From NCBI GenBank assembly GCA_964057225.1, contig OZ059900.1, forward strand, positions 8,184,001 through 8,248,000: a DNA stretch of 64,000 nucleotides. Reading direction: 5' to 3'. The translations under genes and the position numbers were made by a program. The notes beneath the pieces were generated by a model. It saw only the letters and a list, made by a program, of their open reading frames with translations. It was not told the DNA's origin and made no database searches. Below are positions 1 to 12,300 of this stretch, in pieces (position 1 is the first letter of the stretch; each line of letters opens with the position of its first letter). This DNA is from Auanema rhodensis. Taxonomy: Eukaryota; Animalia; Nematoda.

Positions 1-347
1 GTGTATTTTGCACGAATATCAAAACTGATTGAAATATGGGCCTTTTTATGCTCAAAACGCCATATATTCAACGATTTTGGGTACAAAACATGTGAAAACT
101 GTATGTTTTGATCAGACCCTTTGAGATATGGATTTGAAATTCAGGATTCATAAACTTTGACTATTTTACATATATATGTCCCATTTTAACCACTTTGGTC
201 AAAAAGGACCGAAAATATCAAGAATTATTGGTTTTTTGGGGTTTGAAGGGCATTTTGGCAAAATCAGTCAAACTTTTGATCTTAAGCATATTTTTTTCTT
301 CTAAAACGACTAAATGTATGGAATACTGTCATAGAATGTTGATATAA

Positions 348-3131
348 GTGTATTTTGCACGAATATCAAAACTGATTGAAATATGGGCCTTTTTATGCTC
401 AAAACGCCATATATTCAACGATTTTGGGTACAAAACATGTGAAAACTGTATGTTTTGATCAGACCCTTTGAGATATGGATTTGAAATTCAGGATTCATAA
501 ACTTTGACTATTTTCACATATATATGTTCAATTTTAACCACTTTGGTCAAAAAGGACCGAAAATATCAAGAATTATTGGTTTTTTGGGGTTTGAAGGACA
601 TTTTGGCTAAATCAGTCAAACTTTTGATCTTAAGCATATTTTTTTCTTCTAAAACGACTAAATGTATGAAATACTGTCATAGAATGTTCATATAGGTGTA
701 TTTTGCACGAATATCAAAACTGATTGAAATATGGGCCTTTTTATGCTCAAAACGCCATATATTCAACGATTTTGGGTACAAAACATGTGAAAACTGTATG
801 TTTTGATCAGACCCTTTGAGATATGGATTTCAAATTCAGGATTCATAAACTTTGACTATTTTTACATATATATGTTCAATTTTAACTACTTTGGTCAAAA
901 AGGACCGAAAATATCAAGAATTATTGGTTTTTTGGGGTTTGAAGGGCATTTTGGCAAAATCAGTCAAACTTTTGATCTTAAGCATATTTTTTTCTTCTAA
1001 AACGACTAAATGTATGAAATACTGTCAAAGAATGTTCATATAGGTGTATTTTGCACGAATATCGAAACTGATTGAAATATGGGCCTTTTTATGCTCAAAA
1101 CGCCATATATTCAACGATTTTGGGTACAAAACATGTGAAAACTGTATGTTTTGATCAGACCCTTTGAGATATGGATTTGAAATTCAGGATTCATAAACTT
1201 TGACTATTTTTACATATATATGTTCAATTTTAACCACTTTGGTCAAAAAGGACCGAAAATATCAAGAATTATTGGTTTTTTGGGGTTTGAAGGGCATTTT
1301 GGCAAAATCAGTCAAACTTTTGATCTTAAGCATATTTTTTTCTTCTAAAACAACTAAATGTATGAAATACTGTCATAGAATGTTCATATAGGTGTATTTT
1401 GCACGAATATCAAAACTGATTGAAATATGGGCCTTTTTATGCTCAAAACGCCATATATTCAACGATTTTGGGTACAAAACATGTGAAAACTGTATGTTTT
1501 GATCAGACCCTTTGAGATATGGATTTGAAATTCAGGATTCATAAACTTTGACTATTTTTACATATATATGTCCAATTTTAACCACTTTGGTCAAAAAGGA
1601 CCGAAAATATCAAGAATTATTGGTTTTTTGGGGTTTGAAGGGCATTTTGGCAAAATCAGTCAAACTTTTGATCTTAAGCATATTTTTTTCTTCTAAAACG
1701 ACTAAATGTATGGAATACTGTCATAGAATGTTGATATAAGTGTATTTTGCACGAATATCAAAACTGATTGAAATATGGGCCTTTTTATGCTCAAAACGCC
1801 ATATATTCAACGATTTTGGGTACAAAACATGTGAAAACTGTATGTTTTGATCAGACCCTTTGAGATATGGATTTGAAATTCAGGATTCATAAACTTTGAC
1901 TATTTTCACATATATATGTTCAATTTTAACCACTTTGGTCAAAAAGGACCGAAAATATCAAGAATTATTGGTTTTTTGGGGTTTGAAGGACATTTTGGCT
2001 AAATCAGTCAAACTTTTGATCTTAAGCATATTTTTTTCTTCTAAAACGACTAAATGTATGAAATACTGTCATAGAATGTTCATATAGGTGTATTTTGCAC
2101 GAATATCAAAACTGATTGAAATATGGGCCTTTTTATGCTCAAAACGCCATATATTCAACGATTTTGGGTACAAAACATGTGAAAACTGTATGTTTTGATC
2201 AGACCCTTTGAGATATGGATTTCAAATTCAGGATTCATAAACTTTGACTATTTTTACATATATATGTTCAATTTTAACTACTTTGGTCAAAAAGGACCGA
2301 AAATATCAAGAATTATTGGTTTTTTGGGGTTTGAAGGGCATTTTGGCAAAATCAGTCAAACTTTTGATCTTAAGCATATTTTTTTCTTCTAAAACGACTA
2401 AATGTATGAAATACTGTCAAAGAATGTTCATATAGGTGTATTTTGCACGAATATCGAAACTGATTGAAATATGGGCCTTTTTATGCTCAAAACGCCATAT
2501 ATTCAACGATTTTGGGTACAAAACATGTGAAAACTGTATGTTTTGATCAGACCCTTTGAGATATGGATTTGAAATTCAGGATTCATAAACTTTGACTATT
2601 TTTACATATATATGTTCAATTTTAACCACTTTGGTCAAAAAGGACCGAAAATATCAAGAATTATTGGTTTTTTGGGGTTTGAAGGGCATTTTGGCAAAAT
2701 CAGTCAAACTTTTGATCTTAAGCATATTTTTTTCTTCTAAAACAACTAAATGTATGAAATACTGTCATAGAATGTTCATATAGGTGTATTTTGCACGAAT
2801 ATCAAAACTGATTGAAATATGGGCCTTTTTATGCTCAAAACGCCATATATTCAACGATTTTGGGTACAAAACATGTGAAAACTGTATGTTTTGATCAGAC
2901 CCTTTGAGATATGGATTTGAAATTCAGGATTCATAAACTTTGACTATTTTTACATATATATGTCCAATTTTAACCACTTTGGTCAAAAAGGACCGAAAAT
3001 ATCAAGAATTATTGGTTTTTTGGGGTTTGAAGGGCATTTTGGCTAAATCAGTCAAACTTTTGATCTTAAGCATATTTTTTTCTTCTAAAACGACTAAATG
3101 TATGGAATACTGTCATAGAATGTTGATATAA
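348..3131. repeat. Higher-order repeat: tandem duplication of a 4-monomer (1392-bp) block
   Basis: Variant order of the monomers with ORF starts 504/852/1200/1548 is repeated at 1896/2244/2592/2940 (AAGGACA type; ATTTCAAA+AACTAC+GTCAAAG type; AAACAAC type; GTCCAA+GATATAAG type). Confidence 0.88.
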
Positions 3132-6100
3132 GTGTATTTTGCACGAATATCAAAACTGATTGAAATATGGGCCTTTTTATGCTCAAAACGCCATATATTC
3201 AACGATTTTGGGTACAAAACATGTGAAAACTGTATGTTTTGATCAGACCCTTTGAGATATGGATTTGAAATTCAGGATTCATAAACTTTGACTATTTTCA
3301 CATATATATGTTCAATTTTAACCACTTTGGTCAAAAAGGACCGAAAATATCAAGAATTATTGGTTTTTTGGGGTTTGAAGGACATTTTGGCTAAATCAGT
3401 CAAACTTTTGATCTTAAGCATATTTTTTTCTTCTAAAACGACTAAATGTATGAAATACTGTCATAGAATGTTCATATAGGTGTATTTTGCACGAATATCA
3501 AAACTGATTGAAATATGGGCCTTTTTATGCTCAAAACGCCATATATTCAACGATTTTGGGTACAAAACATGTGAAAACTGTATGTTTTGATCAGACCCTT
3601 TGAGATATGGATTTCAAATTCAGGATTCATAAACTTTGACTATTTTTACATATATATGTCCAGTTTTAACCACTTTGGTCAAAAAGGACCGAAAATATCA
3701 AGAATTATTGGTTTTTTGGGGTTTGAAGGGCATTTTGGCAAAATCAGTCAAACTTTTGATCTTAAGCATATTTTTTTCTTCTAAAACGACTAAATGTATG
3801 AAATACTGTCAGAGAATGTTCATATAGGTGTATTTTGCACGAATATCAAAACTGATTGAAATATGGGCCTTTTTATGCTCAAAACGCCATATATTCAACG
3901 ATTTTGGGTACAAAACATGTGAAAACTGTATGTTTTGATCAGACCCTTTGAGATATGGATTTGAAATTCAGGATTCATAAACTTTGACTATTTTTACATA
4001 TATATGTTCAATTTTAACCACTTTGGTCAAAAAGGACCGAAAATATCAAGAATTATTGGTTTTTTGGGGATTGAAGGGCATTTTGGCAAAATCAGTCAAA
4101 CTTTTGATCTTAAGCATATTTTTTTCTTCTAAAACGACTAAATGTATGGAATACTGTCATAGAATGTTGATATAGGTGTATTTTGCACGAATATCGAAAC
4201 TGATTGAAATATGGGCCTTTTTATGCTCAAAACGCCATATATTCAACGATTTTGGGTACAAAACATGTGAAAACTGTATGTTTTGATCAGACCCTTTGAG
4301 ATATGGATTTGAAATTCAGGATTCATAAACTTCGACTATTTTTACATATATATGTCCAATTTTAACCACTTTGGTCAAAAAGGACCGAAAATATCAAGAA
4401 TTATTGGTTTTTTGGGGTTTGAAGGGCATTTTGGCTAAATCAGTCAAACTTTTGATCTTAAGCATATTTTTTTCTTCTAAAACGACTAAATTTATGAAAT
4501 ACTGTCATAGAATGTTCATATAGGTGTATTTTGCACGAATATCAAAACTGATTGAAATATGGGCCTTTTTATGCTCAAAACGCCATATATTCAACGATTT
4601 TGGGTACAAAACATGTGAAAACTGTATGTTTTGATCAGACCCTTTGAGATATGGATTTGAAATTCAGGATTCATAAACTTTGACTATTTTTACATATATA
4701 TGTTCAATTTTAACCACTTTGGTCAAAAAGGACCGAAAATATCAAGAATTATTGGTTTTTTGGGGTTTGAAGGGCATTTTGGCAAAATCAGTCAAACTTT
4801 TGATCTTAAGCATATTTTTTTCTTCTAAAACGACTAAATGTATGAAATACTGTCATAGAATGTTCATATAGGTGTATTTTGCACGAATATCAAAACTGAT
4901 TGAAATATGGGCCTTTTTATGCTCAAAACGCCATATATTCAACGATTTTGGGTACAAAACATGTGAAAACTGTATGTTTTGATCAGACCCTTTGAGATAT
5001 GGATTTGAAATTCAGGATTCATAAACTTTGACTATTTTTACATATATATGTTCAATTTTAACTACTTTGGTCAAAAAGGACCGAAAATATCAAGAATTAT
5101 TGGTTTTTTGGGGATTGAAGGGCATTTTGGCTGAATCAGTCAAACTTTTGATCTTAAGCATATTTTTTTCTTCTAAAACGACTAAATGTATAAAATACTG
5201 TCATAGAATGTTCATATAGGTGTATTTTGCACGAATATCAAAACTGATTGAAATATGGGCCTTTTTATGCTCAAAACGCCATATATTCAACGATTTTGGG
5301 TACAAAACATGTGAAAACTGTATGTTTTGATCAGACCCTTTGAGATATGGATTTGAAATTCAGGATTCATAAACTTTGACTATTTTTACATATATATGTT
5401 CAATTTTAACCACTTTGGTCAAAAAGGACCGAAAATATCAAGAATTATTGGTTTTTTGGGGATTGAAGGGCATTTTGGCAAAATCAGTCAAACTTTTGAT
5501 CTTAAGCATATTTTTTTCTTCTAAAACGACTAAATGTATGAAATACTGTCATAGAATGTTGATATAGGTGTATTTTGCACGAATATCAAAACTGATTGAA
5601 ATATGGGCCTTTTTATGCTCAAAACGCCATATATTCAACGATTTTGGGTACAAAACATGTGAAAACTGTATGTTTTGATCAGACCCTTTGAGATATGGAT
5701 TTGAAATTCAGGATTCATAAACTTTGACTATTTTTACATATATATGTTCAATTTTAACCACTTTGGTCAAAAAGGACCGAAAATATCAAGAATTATTGGT
5801 TTTTTGGGGTTTGAAGGGCATTTTGGCAAAATCAGTCAAACTTTTGATCTTAAGCATATTTTTTTCTTCTAAAACGACTAAATGTATGAAATACTGTCAT
5901 AGAATGTTCATATAGGTGTATTTTGCACGAATATCAAAACTGATTGAAATATGGGCCTTTTTATGCTCAAAACGCCATATATTCAACGATTTTGGGTACA
6001 AAACATGTGAAAACTGTATGTTTTGATCAGACCCTTTGAGATATGGATTTGAAATTCAGGATTCATAAACTTTGACAATTTTCACATATATATGTTCAAT

Positions 6101-9100
6101 TTTAACCACTTTGGTCAAAAAGGACCGAAAATATCAAGAATTATTGGTTTTTTGGGGTTTGAAGGACATTTTGGCTAAATCAGTCAAACTTTTGATCTTA
6201 AGCATATTTTTTTCTTCTAAAACGACTAAATGTATGAAATACTGTCATAGAATGTTCATATAGGTGTATTTTGCACGAATATCAAAACTGATTGAAATAT
6301 GGGCCTTTTTATGCTCAAAACGCCATATATTCAACGATTTTGGGTACAAAACATGTGAAAACTGTATGTTTTAATCAGACCCTTTGAGATATGGATTTGA
6401 AATTCAGGATTCATAAACTTTGACTATTTTCACATATATATGTTCAATTTTAACCACTTTGGTCAAAAAGGACCGAAAATATCAAGAATTATTGGTTTTT
6501 TGGGGTTTGAAGGACATTTTGGCTAAATCAGTCAAACTTTTGATCTTAAGCATATTTTTTTCTTCTAAAACGACTAAATGTATGAAATACTGTCATAGAA
6601 TGTTCATATAGGTGTATTTTGCACGAATATCAAAACTGATTGAAATATGGGCCTTTTTATGCTCAAAACGCCATATATTCAACGATTTTGGGTACAAAAC
6701 ATGTGAAAACTGTATGTTTTGATCAGACCCTTTGAGATATGGATTTCAAATTCAGGATTCATAAACTTTGACTATTTTTACATATATATGTCCAGTTTTA
6801 ACCACTTTGGTCAAAAAGGACCGAAAATATCAAGAATTATTGGTTTTTTGGGGTTTGAAGGGCATTTTGGCAAAATCAGTCAAACTTTTGATCTTAAGCA
6901 TATTTTTTTCTTCTAAAACGACTAAATGTATGAAATACTGTCAGAGAATGTTCATATAGGTGTATTTTGCACGAATATCAAAACTGATTGAAATATGGGC
7001 CTTTTTATGCTCAAAACGCCATATATTCAACGATTTTGGGTACAAAACATGTGAAAACTGTATGTTTTGATCAGACCCTTTGAGATATGGATTTGAAATT
7101 CAGGATTCATAAACTTTGACTATTTTTACATATATATGTTCAATTTTAACCACTTTGGTCAAAAAGGACCGAAAATATCAAGAATTATTGGTTTTTTGGG
7201 GATTGAAGGGCATTTTGGCAAAATCAGTCAAACTTTTGATCTTAAGCATATTTTTTTCTTCTAAAACGACTAAATGTATGGAATACTGTCATAGAATGTT
7301 GATATAGGTGTATTTTGCACGAATATCGAAACTGATTGAAATATGGGCCTTTTTATGCTCAAAACGCCATATATTCAACGATTTTGGGTACAAAACATGT
7401 GAAAACTGTATGTTTTGATCAGACCCTTTGAGATATGGATTTGAAATTCAGGATTCATAAACTTCGACTATTTTTACATATATATGTCCAATTTTAACCA
7501 CTTTGGTCAAAAAGGACCGAAAATATCAAGAATTATTGGTTTTTTGGGGTTTGAAGGGCATTTTGGCTAAATCAGTCAAACTTTTGATCTTAAGCATATT
7601 TTTTTCTTCTAAAACGACTAAATTTATGAAATACTGTCATAGAATGTTCATATAGGTGTATTTTGCACGAATATCAAAACTGATTGAAATATGGGCCTTT
7701 TTATGCTCAAAACGCCATATATTCAACGATTTTGGGTACAAAACATGTGAAAACTGTATGTTTTGATCAGACCCTTTGAGATATGGATTTGAAATTCAGG
7801 ATTCATAAACTTTGACTATTTTTACATATATATGTTCAATTTTAACCACTTTGGTCAAAAAGGACCGAAAATATCAAGAATTATTGGTTTTTTGGGGTTT
7901 GAAGGGCATTTTGGCAAAATCAGTCAAACTTTTGATCTTAAGCATATTTTTTTCTTCTAAAACGACTAAATGTATGAAATACTGTCATAGAATGTTCATA
8001 TAGGTGTATTTTGCACGAATATCAAAACTGATTGAAATATGGGCCTTTTTATGCTCAAAACGCCATATATTCAACGATTTTGGGTACAAAACATGTGAAA
8101 ACTGTATGTTTTGATCAGACCCTTTGAGATATGGATTTGAAATTCAGGATTCATAAACTTTGACTATTTTTACATATATATGTTCAATTTTAACTACTTT
8201 GGTCAAAAAGGACCGAAAATATCAAGAATTATTGGTTTTTTGGGGATTGAAGGGCATTTTGGCTGAATCAGTCAAACTTTTGATCTTAAGCATATTTTTT
8301 TCTTCTAAAACGACTAAATGTATAAAATACTGTCATAGAATGTTCATATAGGTGTATTTTGCACGAATATCAAAACTGATTGAAATATGGGCCTTTTTAT
8401 GCTCAAAACGCCATATATTCAACGATTTTGGGTACAAAACATGTGAAAACTGTATGTTTTGATCAGACCCTTTGAGATATGGATTTGAAATTCAGGATTC
8501 ATAAACTTTGACTATTTTTACATATATATGTTCAATTTTAACCACTTTGGTCAAAAAGGACCGAAAATATCAAGAATTATTGGTTTTTTGGGGATTGAAG
8601 GGCATTTTGGCAAAATCAGTCAAACTTTTGATCTTAAGCATATTTTTTTCTTCTAAAACGACTAAATGTATGAAATACTGTCATAGAATGTTGATATAGG
8701 TGTATTTTGCACGAATATCAAAACTGATTGAAATATGGGCCTTTTTATGCTCAAAACGCCATATATTCAACGATTTTGGGTACAAAACATGTGAAAACTG
8801 TATGTTTTGATCAGACCCTTTGAGATATGGATTTGAAATTCAGGATTCATAAACTTTGACTATTTTTACATATATATGTTCAATTTTAACCACTTTGGTC
8901 AAAAAGGACCGAAAATATCAAGAATTATTGGTTTTTTGGGGTTTGAAGGGCATTTTGGCAAAATCAGTCAAACTTTTGATCTTAAGCATATTTTTTTCTT
9001 CTAAAACGACTAAATGTATGAAATACTGTCATAGAATGTTCATATAGGTGTATTTTGCACGAATATCAAAACTGATTGAAATATGGGCCTTTTTATGCTC

Positions 9101-9395
9101 AAAACGCCATATATTCAACGATTTTGGGTACAAAACATGTGAAAACTGTATGTTTTGATCAGACCCTTTGAGATATGGATTTGAAATTCAGGATTCATAA
9201 ACTTTGACAATTTTCACATATATATGTTCAATTTTAACCACTTTGGTCAAAAAGGACCGAAAATATCAAGAATTATTGGTTTTTTGGGGTTTGAAGGACA
9301 TTTTGGCTAAATCAGTCAAACTTTTGATCTTAAGCATATTTTTTTCTTCTAAAACGACTAAATGTATGAAATACTGTCATAGAATGTTCATATAG
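3132..9395. repeat. Higher-order repeat: tandem duplication of a 9-monomer (3132-bp) block
   Basis: Private variants recur exactly 3132 bp apart: GTCAGAG (monomers 3636/6768), GGCTGAATC+TGTATAAA (5028/8160) and TGACAATT (6072/9204). Confidence 0.92.
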
Positions 9396-12300
9396 GTGTA
9401 TTTTGCACGAATATCAAAACTGATTGAAATATGGGCCTTTTTATGCTCAAAACGCCATATATTCAACGATTTTGGGTACAAAACATGTGAAAACTGTATG
9501 TTTTGATCAGACCCTTTGAGATATGGATTTCAAATTCAGGATTCATAAACTTTGACTATTTTTACATATATATGTTCAATTTTAACCACTTTGGTCAAAA
9601 AGGACCGAAAATATCAAGAATTATTGGTTTTTTGGGGTTTGAAGGGCATTTTGGCAAAATCAGTCAAACTTTTGATCTTAAGCATATTTTTTTCTTCTAA
9701 AACGACTAAATGTATGAAATACTGTCATAGAATGTTCATATAGGTGTATTTTGCACGAATATCAAAACTGATTGAAATATGGGCCTTTTTATGCTCAAAA
9801 CGCCATATATTCAACGATTTTGGGTACAAAACATGTGAAAACTGTATGTTTTGATCAGACCCTTTGAGATATGGATTTGAAATTCAGGATTCATAAACTT
9901 CGACTATTTCTACATATATATGTCCAATTTTAACCACTTTGGTCGAAAAGGACCGAAAATATCAAGAATTATTGGTTTTTTGGGGTTTGAAGGGCATTTT
10001 GGCAAAATCAGTCAAACTTTTGATCTTAAGCATATTTTTTTCTTCTAAAACGACTAAATGTATGAAATACTGTCAAAGAATGTTCATATAGGTGTATTTT
10101 GCACGAATATCAAAACTGATTGAAATATGGGCCTTTTTATGCTCAAAACGCCATATATTCAACGATTTTGGGTACAAAACATGTGAAAACTGTATGTTTT
10201 GATCAGACCCTTTGAGATATGGATTTGAAATTCAGGATTCATAAACTTTGACTATTTTTACATATATATGTTCAATTTTAACTACTTTGGTCAAACAGGA
10301 CCGAAAATATCAAGAATTATTGGTTTTTTGGGGATTGAAGGGCATTTTGGCAAAATCAGTCAAACTTTTGATCTTAAGCATATTTTTTTCTTCTAAAACG
10401 ACTAAATGTATGGAATACTGTCATAGAATGTTGATATAGGTGTATTTTGCACGAATATCGAAACTGATTGAAATATGGGCCTTTTTATGCTCAAAACGCC
10501 ATATATTCAACGATTTTGGGTACAAAACATGTGAAAACTGTATGTTTTGATCAGACCCTTTGAGATATGGATTTGAAATTCAGGATTCATAAACTTTGAC
10601 TATTTTTACATATATATGTTCAACTTTAACCACTTTGGTCAAAAAGGACCGAAAATATCAAGAATTATTGGTTTTTTGGGGTTTGAAGGGCATTTTGGCA
10701 AAATCAGTCAAACTTTTGATCTTAAGCATATTTTTTTCTTCTAAAACAACTATATGTATGAAATACTGTCATAGAATGTTCATATAGGTGTATTTTGCAC
10801 GAATATCAAAACTGATTGAAATATGGGCCTTTTTATGCTCAAAACGCCATATATTCAACGATTTTGGGTACAAAACATGTGAAAACTGTATGTTTTGATC
10901 AGACCCTTTGAGATATGGATTTGAAATTCAGGATTCATAAACTTTGACTATTTTTACATATATATGTCCAATTTTAACCACTTTGGTCAAAAAGGACCGA
11001 AAATATCAAGAATTATTGGTTTTTTGGGGTTTGAAGGGCATTTTGGCTAAATCAGTCAAACTTTTGATCTTAAGCATATTTTTTTCTTCTAAAACGACTA
11101 AATGTATGGAATACTGTCATAGAATCTTGATATAAGTGTATTTTGCACGAATATCAAAACTGATTGAAATATGGGCCTTTTTATGCTCAAAACGCCATAT
11201 ATTCAACGATTTTGGGTACAAAACATGTGAAAACTGTATGTTTTGATCAGACCCTTTGAGATATGGATTTGAAATTCAGGATTCATAAACTTCGACTATT
11301 TTCACATATATATGTTCAATTTTAACCACTTTGGTCAAAAAGGACCGAAAATATCAAGAATTATTGGTTTTTTGGGGTTTGAAGGACATTTTGGCTAAAT
11401 CAGTCAAACTTTTGATCTTAAGCATATTTTTTTCTTCTAAAACGACTAAATGTATGAAATACTGTCATAGAATGTTCATATAGGTGTATTTTGCACGAAT
11501 ATCAAAACTGATTGAAATATGGGCCTTTTTATGCTCAAAACGCCATATATTCAACGATTTTGGGTACAAAACATGTGAAAACTGTATGTTTTGATCAGAC
11601 CCTTTGAGATATGGATTTCAAATTCAGGATTCATAAACTTTGACTATTTTTACATATATATGTCCAGTTTTAACCACTTTGGTCAAAAAGGACCGAAAAT
11701 ATCAAGAATTATTGGTTTTTTGGGGTTTGAAGGGCATTTTGGCAAAATCAGTCAAACTTTTGATCTTAAGCATATTTTTTTCTTCTAAAACGACTAAATG
11801 TATGAAATACTGTCAAAGAATGTTCATATAGGTGTATTTTGCACGAATATCAAAACTGATTGAAATATGGGCCTTTTTATGCTCAAAACGCCATATATTC
11901 AACGATTTTGGGTACAAAACATGTGAAAACTGTATGTTTTGATCAGACTCTTTGAGATATGGATTTGAAATTCAGGATTCATAAACTTTGACTATTTTTA
12001 CATATATATGTTCAATTTTAACCACTTTGGTCAAAAAGGACCGAAAATATCAAGAATTATTGGTTTTTTGGGGATTGAAGGGCATTTTGGCAAAATCAGT
12101 CAAACTTTTGATCTTAAGCATATTTTTTTCTTCTAAAACGACTAAATGTATGGAATACTGTCATAGAATGTTGATATAGGTGTATTTTGCACGAATATCG
12201 AAACTGATTGAAATATGGGCCTTTTTATGCTCAAAACGCCATATATTCAACGATTTTGGGTACAAAACATGTGAAAACTGTATGTTTTGATCAGACCCTT

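Noticed and set aside
104-130. GTTTTGATCAGACCCTTTGAG superficially resembles the nematode SL1 leader, suggesting a spliced-leader RNA gene array
   Set aside because: The match needs several gaps, and TTTGAG is followed by AT rather than the GT splice donor. No 5S, tRNA or snRNA signature was recognised in the unit either.
281-292. Satellite CTTAAGCATATT resembles TIR CTTAAGTATGTT, suggesting the satellite derives from the transposon
   Set aside because: Only 10/12 identity in AT-rich sequence, and no other homology between monomer and element is visible.
1-347. Monomer as a dimer of two 174-bp halves
   Set aside because: No visible similarity at a 174-bp offset; the internal similarity is nearer 112-119 bp.
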